From: a virus
Lineage: Duplodnaviria > Caudoviricetes
Strand: one strand, 5' to 3'
DNA: 64,000 bases
IMG/VR virus record: IMGVR_UViG_3300032254_000001
Location: 128,001-192,000 of that record
This document shows positions 27,181-37,217 of the stretch, piece by piece. The translations under genes were made by a program, and so were the position numbers. The notes below the pieces were generated by a model. The model did no database searches. It was not told the origin of the DNA and saw only the letters and a program-made list of their open reading frames with translations. Every line of letters begins with the position of its first letter. Position 1 is the stretch's first letter.

Positions 27181-28409
27181 ATTACAGCCTTAAGAGGTAC
27201 CCAACTAAAGTCATGTAAACAATACCATGCAAAGATAGGATTGTCTAATGTCATTTGTGTGTTTAGTACTAAGTCGCCTGGTATGCCTGAATAACCCGGA
27301 ACAGATGTTCCTTGTGCTATGCTACGTGAACCTAGTTTAAGTTTCTTAATTGTTGTTACACCGCTTGTATCAATTGTTAAATCTGCACTTCGGTTAACAC
27401 CAATTACCAAATCCTGTGCTCTGTTTGTACCAAAGAATGCTGTGTTCTCTTTGAGTTTACCAGCTGTGATTTCAACTTCGTCTTCCCAAACGTCTAATGC
27501 TGCGTTTGGAGTTTTGGTATTAATACCGACACGCTTGCCTTCTACATGCAATGCATCTATTGTGGATGTGCCGGAAACTGTTAGCCCGTCTAACTTGCCT
27601 ACTGTTGTTAGAGATGACTTTGTAATTTGTCTGCCTAGTGTATCGTCCGATAATACTACATCGCCGTTGAGCTGTACTTCTTTAAAGTTTAAAACATTAA
27701 CTTGATCAATAACTCCGTCAATCATTTCCTGCTTAACTGAGTCAACAACATCAAGCTTGATACTAGATGCTAGTCCGTCCCATGCGCCGCCTGTTGTATC
27801 TACTGTGCCGTGTACAATAAGCTTGCCGCTTATCGTTGCATTCTTAGTCGCAAGCTGATCAATTACACTAACGTTTCTAGAGGTTAATGTATTTTCAACA
27901 ACAACCGCATCGTCCATAATAGTTACTTCACGTTGTGTTGCTTCATTATGAATACCTACGCCGTTGAACTCAGCTGCAAACTGCTCTGCAATTTTATCAG
28001 CAATGATTGATTCAACATCGTTGCCAATGGTAATCTTACGTACTAATTCTGTGATTGCGTGTGTTTTAAGTTGACCTAGTAATGCTGCATCGTTTTTGAT
28101 TATGTCGGTTACTGACTCAGACGTTGCATCAGCGACATTGTTAGCTACTGTGTCATTAATAACGTTAGCATCTAGTAATGTACCATCACCTTCAACTATT
28201 AACTCAGCTACCTTGCCTGCTACCTGCTCGGACATACCTTGTTTAACTACTGCATCAAGATTAAAATTACGCACTAAGAGTGAAACAGCCTGGCTTCGCA
28301 GACTTGCTATTAACTGGTCGTCGTTCTTAAAAATCTCTGTAACTTGTTCGTTAACCGCTTCTGTAACTTTACTAAGTATTGCGGCATTAATTTCATCTGA
28401 ATTGATCAT
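27177..28409 (-). CDS. putative tail fibre/structural protein
   Basis: Helical N-terminus, then beta-rich repeats including RVGINTKTPNAALDV, a fibre-type motif. Confidence 0.5.
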   Translation of the reverse strand: MINSDEINAAILSKVTEAVNEQVTEIFKNDDQLIASLRSQAVSLLVRNFNLDAVVKQGMSEQVAGKVAELIVEGDGTLLDANVINDTVANNVADATSESVTDIIKNDAALLGQLKTHAITELVRKITIGNDVESIIADKIAEQFAAEFNGVGIHNEATQREVTIMDDAVVVENTLTSRNVSVIDQLATKNATISGKLIVHGTVDTTGGAWDGLASSIKLDVVDSVKQEMIDGVIDQVNVLNFKEVQLNGDVVLSDDTLGRQITKSSLTTVGKLDGLTVSGTSTIDALHVEGKRVGINTKTPNAALDVWEDEVEITAGKLKENTAFFGTNRAQDLVIGVNRSADLTIDTSGVTTIKKLKLGSRSIAQGTSVPGYSGIPGDLVLNTQMTLDNPIFAWYCLHDFSWVPLKAVI

Positions 28410-28447
28410 GATATCTCCGGTTTCAACTTAGTGTATTTATGACTAGT

Positions 28448-29437
28448 TTACTCCCGTAACAAATCAAGTGTCACACAATGGAAGCCGCCGCCTAATGTAC
28501 GTGAATGGCGTAGCTCAAGCGGTATTACTTTAAACCCGTGCTTCTCTAGCTCTGCATGTATTAGCGGCTGATTCGCGTCGCAGATTACTGTCTTGTTGCC
28601 AATTGATAGCATGTTAATCGCTATCCATTTACTTGCATACGGATATCCTTCGAATCCTTGTGGATCAATCATATCGTCTGTAATGTAGATCTTAGTGTAG
28701 TCCTTTAAGAACTCAGGTAGATTATCGTCATTTACACGGTTTGCATTTAGCACAATACAGTCTGAATCAATGGGTACAATTGTGCTGTCAATATGTGAGG
28801 AGTTATACACGTCAGTCGTGTGAACTGTGTATTCATCACCTAGTGCTCGTTGCAACCACTTCGCACCGCATTCGTTACCTGAACTACTAATAAGATATAA
28901 TAGATCGTTTCCGAACCTGGCTATGTTTGCTGCATCAAAAATAGGCTCTTTATTTGTAAGCTCGTACCGTCCTTCGTAGTCTACGTTCTCATGTGTCATG
29001 AGATCTGGAACTGGAGCTGCCAGCCAATTTGCGCCTGTGTTTATGGCTTGACGTTTAACGTCACGGAAGCATGTCATTTCAGCTTGCCTGGACTTAGTTG
29101 ACATCGGAGCTTCAATTACTGTGTCGCCAACAACTAACAAATTATCGCGCGGGCAATAAGCATACTGTCCATCTATAAATTGAAAGTTAACTGGGTCTGG
29201 TCTGTACACCTTAACTCCGCGATTGTGTAATACCCTCGCTAACTTGTCCAGGTCCGCGTTAGTTTCATCTATTATTTTTTGCGACACAGGACCTGACGGC
29301 GGAGGTGTTTCATCCCAGCCTGCTTGTGACATCTGTATTTGAAACAGTTTGTCTGTAGCTGGAAAATTTGCATGTGTTGCTGTACCTATTATTACTTCTT
29401 TAAGAGGACCCCATTCATTCGTGCTATGTACTGTCAT
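28448..29437 (-). CDS. L-arginine amidinotransferase (GATM/StrB-like pentein)
   Basis: NEWGPLKEVIIG, YCPRD, FDAAN, HIDST, INMLS and GGGFHCVTLDL (catalytic Asp, His and Cys). Confidence 0.9.
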   Translation of the reverse strand: MTVHSTNEWGPLKEVIIGTATHANFPATDKLFQIQMSQAGWDETPPPSGPVSQKIIDETNADLDKLARVLHNRGVKVYRPDPVNFQFIDGQYAYCPRDNLLVVGDTVIEAPMSTKSRQAEMTCFRDVKRQAINTGANWLAAPVPDLMTHENVDYEGRYELTNKEPIFDAANIARFGNDLLYLISSSGNECGAKWLQRALGDEYTVHTTDVYNSSHIDSTIVPIDSDCIVLNANRVNDDNLPEFLKDYTKIYITDDMIDPQGFEGYPYASKWIAINMLSIGNKTVICDANQPLIHAELEKHGFKVIPLELRHSRTLGGGFHCVTLDLLRE

Positions 29438-29954
29438 TCTTAAACCCTGTTAATTGCAATGTGTATCTGTTATCGTAACCTATGTTAGCTGCAAGATGTG
29501 GAACATCGTGTTCCCACCAAATACAATCACCTGCTTTCCATTGTGGCATCTGTTCGTTTGCAATAGTTAATACATGCCCTGGCTTCCAGTCTTCGAGTAA
29601 TACAAGTCCACGGTGTATTGTGCCTGGATGATCCTTGTGCAATTCCTGGAAACGTTTAAATGTATCAACGTGCTCTGGTAATATTGTACCTGTTGTCATT
29701 TGATAAAACGACCAACTCAAGTGCTGCCAATTAAACTCTGCCTGGAACGGTTCCATATCAAACCACTCAGGCCATTCATTGCGCATGTCATACATGTTAC
29801 CTGTGTAATCCCTGTGGGTGTATCCCGATTGTTGCCACCTTTCTACATCGTCTGGATTATTAAATGGTTCGTGCGTGTACGACAAATCCCTGTGCTGGTT
29901 GTCAGTCCAGGGCAAATCAATATGGCCGAAGCCGTAACTGTATTTAGATGTCAC
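29424..29954 (-). CDS. 2OG-Fe(II) oxygenase / beta-hydroxylase-like cupin
   Basis: HxD (PEHVD), distal H (PHLAAN) and R (NRYTLQLTG). Start uncertain (GTG 29954 or 30020). Confidence 0.7.
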   Translation of the reverse strand: MTSKYSYGFGHIDLPWTDNQHRDLSYTHEPFNNPDDVERWQQSGYTHRDYTGNMYDMRNEWPEWFDMEPFQAEFNWQHLSWSFYQMTTGTILPEHVDTFKRFQELHKDHPGTIHRGLVLLEDWKPGHVLTIANEQMPQWKAGDCIWWEHDVPHLAANIGYDNRYTLQLTGFKNDST

Positions 29955-31179
29955 GTGTGTCACCGTAGTGAACAATTGTATACTTGTCATTGTCACGTAA
30001 GATTCTGCGCCACGGATCAATTATAACACTGCCTGGTTCCATTTCAAAGTAAGCTGGTGTGTTAGCAGTCTCGCCCATGTAGCCGTATGTAATAGCTTTG
30101 TTATGTGCCCATAACACTACAGCCTTCATCTTAGGACATTCGTGTCCTGTCATAGGATCTGCATAGTACATTTCACGGTCGGTTAGTTCTTCAATGTAAT
30201 GTCCAACTAAAATACTATAGCTACCTTCTTCGTAAGCTACATCTGGCTTGTATGCTCTTCCGTGTATTACAATTGGCAGATCATGTTCGTCTGCTTGATC
30301 AACAATAAACTGAGCCATGTTCTTAGCTTGCACTTCACGCGCTCCCATTATGGTATCGAACATATCATAACCAATTTCATATTCATCTGATAACCAACGT
30401 AACGCAATGTTATCACGTGGATGACAAGCACCTGCATCGCCCATGCCCGGTACCATGTACTGCGGTCCCATAATGCGCTTTGTGCTACGTGCTAATGCAC
30501 CTGCAACAACATCTGAATTCATGTTGCCAATTTTCATTGAGAAGTCTTGTATCATATTAACAAGTCCAATCTTAGCACTAATAAATGTATTGTAGAAAAT
30601 CTTAATGCCTTCTGCTTCTTCCCATGTGCCAAGTTCTGCACGAGTCTCTGGTTGCTGCATTAACTTACTGTATATGTTAACTAAGTCTTCAACCCGAGGA
30701 TCGTTGCCGTCTTTACTACCAATGATTAGCATTTCAGGATTAACCATATCCCACTTAGTGGTGCCCATTGCAATTAAGTACGGATTGTAAATTAACGTAT
30801 GGTTGTCTAGTAATGGATCAAATTCGCGGCGGGTTGTTCCTGGTAGTACTGTGCTGATTAGTACAATGTTCTTTTCTTTCTTGGCATGCTTATTAATTTC
30901 ACGTAAGATACCTTTTACAATATCGTAATTAAAGTCTTTTGGCTCTAAATGACATGATGGTAGTTCGCCACCATATTCTTTATTGTGTGGCGTTGGTGCT
31001 GCAATAAAGATCCAATCACTTTTAGAAACTAACGTCTTTATGCTTTTAACAATTTTAACAGAGTCTGATTTTCTCTTCTCTACATCATATCCAAATGTAG
31101 TGTAATGCTCTGCAAATACCTCTGCACATTCAAGGCCTAGTTTTCCTAGTCCTATGAACCCTATTTTTTCTTCTTTCAT
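29944..31179 (-). CDS. UDP-glucose/GDP-mannose 6-dehydrogenase family
   Basis: GFIGLGKLG Rossmann motif, ISTVLPGT, YNP, EGIKIFYNTF and GDAGACHPRD (catalytic Cys). Confidence 0.9.
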   Translation of the reverse strand: MKEEKIGFIGLGKLGLECAEVFAEHYTTFGYDVEKRKSDSVKIVKSIKTLVSKSDWIFIAAPTPHNKEYGGELPSCHLEPKDFNYDIVKGILREINKHAKKEKNIVLISTVLPGTTRREFDPLLDNHTLIYNPYLIAMGTTKWDMVNPEMLIIGSKDGNDPRVEDLVNIYSKLMQQPETRAELGTWEEAEGIKIFYNTFISAKIGLVNMIQDFSMKIGNMNSDVVAGALARSTKRIMGPQYMVPGMGDAGACHPRDNIALRWLSDEYEIGYDMFDTIMGAREVQAKNMAQFIVDQADEHDLPIVIHGRAYKPDVAYEEGSYSILVGHYIEELTDREMYYADPMTGHECPKMKAVVLWAHNKAITYGYMGETANTPAYFEMEPGSVIIDPWRRILRDNDKYTIVHYGDTRDI

Positions 31180-31202
31180 TATTCTCTCCACTAAGTAGTA
31201 AT

Positions 31203-32483
31203 ATGTTTTCCGTTGACAACTTTTACAGCTATTTAAACCAATATTGTTCAGGCCCTAAGAAAGATACAAACATCCAATCATTTAATGTACACGGTTCTCG
31301 TTTACTTAAAGATATTATTGTGCCTGCGTTTAAACCTGACGAATCAAAACCAGCACGTCTAACCGGCCAAGCTGCAATGTTTGATCAGGAGCCAATTGAG
31401 CTGCAATATTTCGAAGATTGGATTAACTTCAGTCCTGCTTCGTTTCCTGACCATTTTGAGTACAAACTAACTAACAATCTTTATAAAAATTTAACACCAC
31501 AGGAGTTCATCTTTAGACACTTCTCCGGTGTGCATAATCCTATTCTGTGTCATTCAGAACGTAACAGTCCAGAAGTAGAATTATTTAAACAAAATCATTT
31601 TCACACTGTGCATTATTTTTATCACGGTTTAATCGCTCGTGATTGGTATAGGCACTGGAAACATTATAGCATGGAACAGGGCACGAAGTCAAAACGTCTG
31701 GGCATGTATTGCCGTGATGCTACCGGTAGTAGGGAATACCGTTTAGACTTATTGCATAAGCTGATCCCGTTTAAAGATGATTTGTATTACAATTTACAGG
31801 ATCCGATTTTTAATATTGATCCACAGCTTAATGTTCATTACAGTGCTGAAGCTGATCAATATGCTAGCGATGCAAGTGCAACTATTGTACCGGACGATTG
31901 CAAAAAGTTCGACATACAACTTGTGCCTGAAACATTATTTGATTCGCAAAAAACACATCTAACCGAAAAGATATTTAAACCTATTGTAATGAAACAACCG
32001 TTTATCGTTATCGGGTGCCCGAATAGCTTAGAGTACTTAAAGAGCTACGGCTTCAAAACGTTTGATACTATATGGAACGAACTGTACGATAAAGAATTAG
32101 ACAGTACCAATCGCATGGAAATGATTATTGAGTTAATCGAAACTATTACAAGCTTAACAGATGATGAATACGATAGTATGTTAGCCTGTGTAGATGATAT
32201 AGTAGAACACAATCACAAACACTTTTACAGTGAAGAATTCGAAAAGCAGATGCTTGATGAATTACATACTAATCTTGATAATGCTATAGAAGAACGTAAC
32301 AATGAATATGAGTCAATGCCGGGTGGCACTTGGTTTATGTACTTGGATAAGTTGTACTTAGAAGGTCACGATATTACTGATTTTATTAGAACACGTAACG
32401 AAGAAATTATAAAACATTTATTAACTAACGACCCAACAATGGGTCGTCAATTAATGATTAAGTACAGGCACTTACTGGAGTAA
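31203..32483 (+). CDS. putative glycosyltransferase (GT10-like C-terminal motif)
   Basis: VPETLF...LTEKIFKPIVMKQPFIVIG...LKSYGFKTF. Confidence 0.6.
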   Translation: MFSVDNFYSYLNQYCSGPKKDTNIQSFNVHGSRLLKDIIVPAFKPDESKPARLTGQAAMFDQEPIELQYFEDWINFSPASFPDHFEYKLTNNLYKNLTPQEFIFRHFSGVHNPILCHSERNSPEVELFKQNHFHTVHYFYHGLIARDWYRHWKHYSMEQGTKSKRLGMYCRDATGSREYRLDLLHKLIPFKDDLYYNLQDPIFNIDPQLNVHYSAEADQYASDASATIVPDDCKKFDIQLVPETLFDSQKTHLTEKIFKPIVMKQPFIVIGCPNSLEYLKSYGFKTFDTIWNELYDKELDSTNRMEMIIELIETITSLTDDEYDSMLACVDDIVEHNHKHFYSEEFEKQMLDELHTNLDNAIEERNNEYESMPGGTWFMYLDKLYLEGHDITDFIRTRNEEIIKHLLTNDPTMGRQLMIKYRHLLE

Positions 32484-32768
32484 ACCAAAGTGTCCTGCTG
32501 CTGCTAGAGCTATAGCTAAAACAACAATTGCAATTCTAATAGCGTTCTTATTAGATTTCTTTGCTGGCTCAACTGGTAAACGTCTAGTAGGTACTACTGG
32601 CGTTTCTGCTGGTGCTTTTAGCTTAACAGATTTCTTCTTAGCTGGAGCTTTCTTAGGTGCTGCTTTCTTTTTAGCAGGTGCCTTCTTAGCTGGAGCTTTC
32701 TTAGGTGCTGCTTTCTTCTTAACCGGTGATTTTTTCTTAACCGGCTTTTCCTTCTTATCATCTGACAT
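32472..32768 (-). CDS. Lys/Ala/Pro-rich (histone H1-like repeat) protein with C-terminal TM anchor
   Basis: KKAAPKKAPAKK repeats (36-bp direct repeat at 32634 and 32682) followed by IRIAIVVLAIALAAAG; AGGAG SD. Confidence 0.6.
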   Translation of the reverse strand: MSDDKKEKPVKKKSPVKKKAAPKKAPAKKAPAKKKAAPKKAPAKKKSVKLKAPAETPVVPTRRLPVEPAKKSNKNAIRIAIVVLAIALAAAGHFGLLQ

Positions 32769-32805
32769 GTAAATTCTCCTTAGTCATGAATTGATTTCTT
32801 GCCGA

Positions 32806-33150
32806 TCAGTTTGACAACCGACCCCAAGCCTTCACTGCCGCAAGCATTAATCCCTTGCGCCATCTCTTGATGAATAATGCATCAAGCTCTTGCTCGAACT
32901 CTTTGTTCGCGCGTTTCCAATCACCGGCGGTGACTAAAATATAGTCATGTACAATGGCTGCACCAAAGTAACGTCCTGTTGGAGAAAATAACCAACGCAG
33001 GAAAAACGGAATGCTCGCGCCATCTGTTACAAATCCTGCTGGAACTTTAGTTCTGCCATTGGCAGACATATATTCTTCTTTTAATTCCCACTTAGCACGT
33101 TTGTACCATTTGTCAGCCGGAATAAATTTTACTACTACTGTATCTTGCAT
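32806..33150 (-). CDS. DUF1353-like protein
   Basis: VPAGFVTDGASIP...AAIVHDYIL...ANKEF. Confidence 0.75.
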   Translation of the reverse strand: MQDTVVVKFIPADKWYKRAKWELKEEYMSANGRTKVPAGFVTDGASIPFFLRWLFSPTGRYFGAAIVHDYILVTAGDWKRANKEFEQELDALFIKRWRKGLMLAAVKAWGRLSN

Positions 33151-33168
33151 CAAACTTCCATCCTTTAT

Positions 33169-33441
33169 TTATTTTGGTTTCTTAGCACGTTTGGCTTTTC
33201 GTACTTTTCGAGCCTTCCTGGCTTCTTCTCGTTGTTGTTTAGCTTGTAAACGGTCTTTACGCTTTTTCTTATTAATACGAATAATATCTGCACTAGCGAC
33301 AACGTCACCAAATTTAGCTGCAATGATTGGTGCAAGGTCTGCAACTCCGCTAGCTCGTTCTTTTTCGATTTCGTGTATTTTTAGAAAGATGGTCTCTTCG
33401 TCTGAGTTCAGTACACCGTTTTCTTTTTCAAAATATATCAT
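33169..33441 (-). CDS. hypothetical protein with basic C-terminus
   Basis: 90 aa, coupled to the upstream gene. Confidence 0.45.
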   Translation of the reverse strand: MIYFEKENGVLNSDEETIFLKIHEIEKERASGVADLAPIIAAKFGDVVASADIIRINKKKRKDRLQAKQQREEARKARKVRKAKRAKKPK

Positions 33442-33938
33442 TCAACACTTGTCCAAGTAATGGCTGCAACCGCTGTTGAATCAGCTGCAAGTAATACAGC
33501 GTCTTTCTTAGCTGTAAATTTCTGCAAGATCGATAATTTGATATTACGCCCATCTTGTAAAACTGTTTGCATTTGTGCATTTGTGTGCATTGTGTATGAC
33601 TTAGTGCCATCCTGTGCGTCGCGTACTGCATAATACATATCGTCGCCTGACGCAACTGAACCAATTAAGTTAAGTTGGTCTTCTGGTTCTGAATCGTACC
33701 AGTTTTCTGTTAAAAGAGCCGACGAAGGAAATCCGTTAACAATCTCATCCTCTGCTATTACAGACAATTCAATTATCTTTGCAGTTTTTTCAGCTGTTAG
33801 AGCTGCCGTAATAAGATCAGCTTCAGTAATAGGAACGCCAACCCATACTAGATCATTGTAAACGGTTGGGTCACCAGCACAAGAAACGATTGTTCCTGGA
33901 AAGTAATCACCTACTATTAAAACATAATTTATTGCCAT
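33438..33938 (-). CDS. tail-fibre-associated protein (DUF4376-like)
   Basis: YDSEPEDQLNLIG...HTNAQMQTV...AVAAITW pattern, at the end of the fibre cluster. Confidence 0.6.
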   Translation of the reverse strand: MAINYVLIVGDYFPGTIVSCAGDPTVYNDLVWVGVPITEADLITAALTAEKTAKIIELSVIAEDEIVNGFPSSALLTENWYDSEPEDQLNLIGSVASGDDMYYAVRDAQDGTKSYTMHTNAQMQTVLQDGRNIKLSILQKFTAKKDAVLLAADSTAVAAITWTSVE

Positions 33939-33947
33939 TGTTTAATC

Positions 33948-34736
33948 CTAAAGTTTTGTTTCAGTTATTATAAATTGTGAACCAGCTACAACCATGCCGC
34001 CAAAGTTCGCAGTTCCAATTGGATCATTTAAGTACCAGGTTCCGTTTGTAACACCAATTCGCCCACTGTATGTAACTTGCGATGTTGTGTTCGGTGTATC
34101 AACAATCTTCATCGAAACATTAGCGTTACCATCCTGGCTACCAGTTGATGGAGTTACTGTAGTTACCCCAATACAAGTCGTGTCTCTAAATATAGCAATA
34201 ACTATATCAGCTCCCCTATGAGAGGTACCAGCTACACAAGTGAATTCAACAGTTACATAATTTGTTGCTGCTGTTGGTGTAAGCGGAGCTGCACCCATCT
34301 GCGTACCTTCTGTTATCAACGGTACTGTATTATCGTACGGAATATGAGATGTACCACTTTGGGATGCAATAGTACCGTACATTGTCTGAACAAAGGCATT
34401 ATCATCTATTGTTATATCAACTGTGCCAGTGCCGCCATCTACTGCTGTTACGCCTTCGCCGATGAAGTTTAAGTTAGTGAACGGGCCGCCAGTTACTGTA
34501 ACGCCTTCATCTTCAATAATAACAGATGAGCCTGCATTTACACTGTCCATTATTTTCCAATCTACATCAGCTGTATCTACCTTGCGGTAAACAGAACCAT
34601 TTGTTCGTAGATATAATGAACCAACAGGTGCTTCATATCCTGCCCCTATTGTTGGATCAGCTGAGCCTTGGGTTAGAAGAACTGTGTCGTCTAACGCAAG
34701 TATCTCAGTACTAAATGCACCATCTATATTTGCCAT
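33948..34736 (-). CDS. putative tail fibre/virion protein
   Basis: Thr/Gly-rich; GADP..APVGSLYLRT module shared with 34760..36013. Confidence 0.55.
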   Translation of the reverse strand: MANIDGAFSTEILALDDTVLLTQGSADPTIGAGYEAPVGSLYLRTNGSVYRKVDTADVDWKIMDSVNAGSSVIIEDEGVTVTGGPFTNLNFIGEGVTAVDGGTGTVDITIDDNAFVQTMYGTIASQSGTSHIPYDNTVPLITEGTQMGAAPLTPTAATNYVTVEFTCVAGTSHRGADIVIAIFRDTTCIGVTTVTPSTGSQDGNANVSMKIVDTPNTTSQVTYSGRIGVTNGTWYLNDPIGTANFGGMVVAGSQFIITETKL

Positions 34737-34759
34737 ATATTACTTCTTTCTTTTAGTTA

Positions 34760-36013
34760 TTAAATTAAGTTAGCTGCTAAACGTTTTACCGAAACATTAA
34801 CTGCCGCGCTTGCTGTTAATTGAAGGCGCATGTTGCTACTTGTTGCAACTACAGTAATATCATGATTGAAGTTTGTTCCAATTTTTAATGTCGAAAACTT
34901 ATTCCAATCAACTACACCAGTTGGTGTCGCGCCATTATTCATAGCATGAATTTCAGTGCTGTAACGTCTTGTTGGATCACTAACTAATTCAACTGTAACA
35001 ATCCACTTAGCAACATCTGTTGTCGCTACTGGAAGTATATCAATGTCTGTGATTGTTGTAACATTAGTATAGTTCTGTACAAGACTTTCGCCTAGTGCTG
35101 CATCTAATGCGTCGATGCTTGCTGCAATTGATTGGCCATCTGTAACAACATTGTCGCCAGTGTAAGAACGATCACCAATTGCATCGTTAATGTCGTTAAG
35201 TGCATCAGTAACTTCTAACGTACCTGCTGCGCCCCATGACATATCATCCGATAATGCATTGTTGCCGCCGTCGTTAGTAATCTCACCGTCGCCCATTGCA
35301 TTGTCTAATGCGCCGATTGCTGTTTCAAGATTAGATGCTTGTGATACAACATCAGTTGAACTGTATGTTGGCATCTCGCTGCCTGGACCAGACTTACCAA
35401 CGAATGAACGTAAGTAACCTAATTCAGCTGCGCCTGCGCCGGAACCAAACTGTACCCATACTGCGCCATCATATACCCACTGTTGCTCAGCATATGTACC
35501 TTGTTGTACTAATACCGCATCACCGTCTGTTGCAAGATTTGCTGGGTCTTCTGTGAATGTCCATGCGCCTGTAGAACCGCTAACGATATAAACGTTTTCG
35601 TTGCCTGTTGTTAAGTCAGTTAATAGTATTCTATCATCGACTGCAATGCCAACACCGTCTACTGTATCGCCAACGTTTGCTGCTGCTTCTGCTGCTGCAA
35701 TGTTAGCATAAGTTGTGTTGTCACGGACAAGAACAGGTTCACGCCATGAAAGGCCTGCTGCGATTGCATCTACGTATGCTTTGTCTGTTGCTTGTTTCCA
35801 GTCAGCTGAGCTGCTGCCTGCTAGTGAAAACTTCCAGTATATCTGTAAGCCGTCTGTTTCTGCGTTTGTACGTAAGTATACAGAACCAATTGGTGCTGCT
35901 ATATGATCGGCACCTGCGCCCGGAGCGCCGTCTCCGATTAGGACGTTTGCCGCCTGTCCAGCGTCTAGTTCTATGCCTAGTCCTTCGCTGATATTAAATA
36001 AGTCAAGTGCCAT
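34760..36013 (-). CDS. putative tail fibre/virion protein
   Basis: APIGSVYLRT, ATDKAYVD, GLSWREPV and ENVYIV fibre-type motifs; internal AIxALDxAxG repeats. Confidence 0.6.
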   Translation of the reverse strand: MALDLFNISEGLGIELDAGQAANVLIGDGAPGAGADHIAAPIGSVYLRTNAETDGLQIYWKFSLAGSSSADWKQATDKAYVDAIAAGLSWREPVLVRDNTTYANIAAAEAAANVGDTVDGVGIAVDDRILLTDLTTGNENVYIVSGSTGAWTFTEDPANLATDGDAVLVQQGTYAEQQWVYDGAVWVQFGSGAGAAELGYLRSFVGKSGPGSEMPTYSSTDVVSQASNLETAIGALDNAMGDGEITNDGGNNALSDDMSWGAAGTLEVTDALNDINDAIGDRSYTGDNVVTDGQSIAASIDALDAALGESLVQNYTNVTTITDIDILPVATTDVAKWIVTVELVSDPTRRYSTEIHAMNNGATPTGVVDWNKFSTLKIGTNFNHDITVVATSSNMRLQLTASAAVNVSVKRLAANLI

Positions 36014-36046
36014 GATTAAAATCTCCTGTTATAATTATGCTTGTAT

Positions 36047-37216
36047 TTATGCCGATAACATTGGAATTCTAGTGACACTAACTGTTATCGGATTGGTATC
36101 ATTATTCTTTACATTAAATTCTACATTCGGTGATGTAAATGCTAGGGATGGACTGTATTTTATCTTATCTCCAATCTTAGCATAGTGGTTGTGAGATACT
36201 ACGTCGCCGAGTTGCTTATACGAACCTAGCACTTCCGATGCTGCCACCTCACCCGTTACGGTATCAACTACCGAAACTATGTATTTCGTTCCTGCGTTTA
36301 AACTAGGAGCGAATGTTAATACTGTTGTTGTTGCGCCAGGTGCGATTGTTGCTGTTGCTTGTGTAATAAACGATGCGGCTAAGTTATATGGTTGTGCTAC
36401 ATCGTTAACGTCACCCATCCATATATGATTCTGTTCAATGTTCGGAACATCGTTTGATCTACCTGCACCAAATATTATCGCAGAGCCGTCTCGCACACCG
36501 GGGGCCGATGATGCTTTTAATACTTGTGCAATCTTTTGTATTTGGTTGTCTTTACCAGTTGGCTTTGCATTAACACCTGACCCAGTTGGGCCTACCCAAA
36601 CTTCGTCACCGACACTAAATGTCAGTGTATCAACATTTTTAAGTTCACCGTTGAATGCGACAAGTCCTGTTGCACCAACTGCTAGGTCTTCTTGTAGTAC
36701 ACCAAGTGCCGGCATACGTGTTGGGTCACCTGCTTCTGCTCGTATAATCTCAAGTACACCGTTAACGTCTTCGCCAACCGCATGTACAGGGTCAGTAAGA
36801 TTTAAAGGAATAGTATCAACGTTCTTAACTTCAATTGAGCCAACGTAAACATCTGCTTGGCCTGGCTGTGGAGTTCGTGCTGCTACTGTACCTATAAAGT
36901 TAAGTTTGTCAACGTCACCAACTAATGGAACGGTATCATTCTCAACAGAAAGACCTGAATCAAATTCGACACCTTCTGTATCTGTTCCTGTTCCTGTAGT
37001 ACATAATGAGTTATCCCAAAGATCCATAATATCTTCAAGAGCTGTATCCTCCGGACCGCTAAGTGCAACATCAAAAGTTACATCAACATTAACTCCGTCG
37101 TTAACTGTTACGATTTCACATACCGCTGTAATCAATGGATCAGCATTAATAGCATCCTTCATGCCCGTTGGGCACAAAACTATATCGTTAGCTACTTTTT
37201 GGACTATCACTGACAT
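36047..37216 (-). CDS. putative virion structural protein
   Basis: Contains an AxAGDPTRMPALG...GEVWVG module; TAAATA promoters flank the cluster. Confidence 0.5.
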   Translation of the reverse strand: MSVIVQKVANDIVLCPTGMKDAINADPLITAVCEIVTVNDGVNVDVTFDVALSGPEDTALEDIMDLWDNSLCTTGTGTDTEGVEFDSGLSVENDTVPLVGDVDKLNFIGTVAARTPQPGQADVYVGSIEVKNVDTIPLNLTDPVHAVGEDVNGVLEIIRAEAGDPTRMPALGVLQEDLAVGATGLVAFNGELKNVDTLTFSVGDEVWVGPTGSGVNAKPTGKDNQIQKIAQVLKASSAPGVRDGSAIIFGAGRSNDVPNIEQNHIWMGDVNDVAQPYNLAASFITQATATIAPGATTTVLTFAPSLNAGTKYIVSVVDTVTGEVAASEVLGSYKQLGDVVSHNHYAKIGDKIKYSPSLAFTSPNVEFNVKNNDTNPITVSVTRIPMLSA

Positions 37217-37217
37217 C

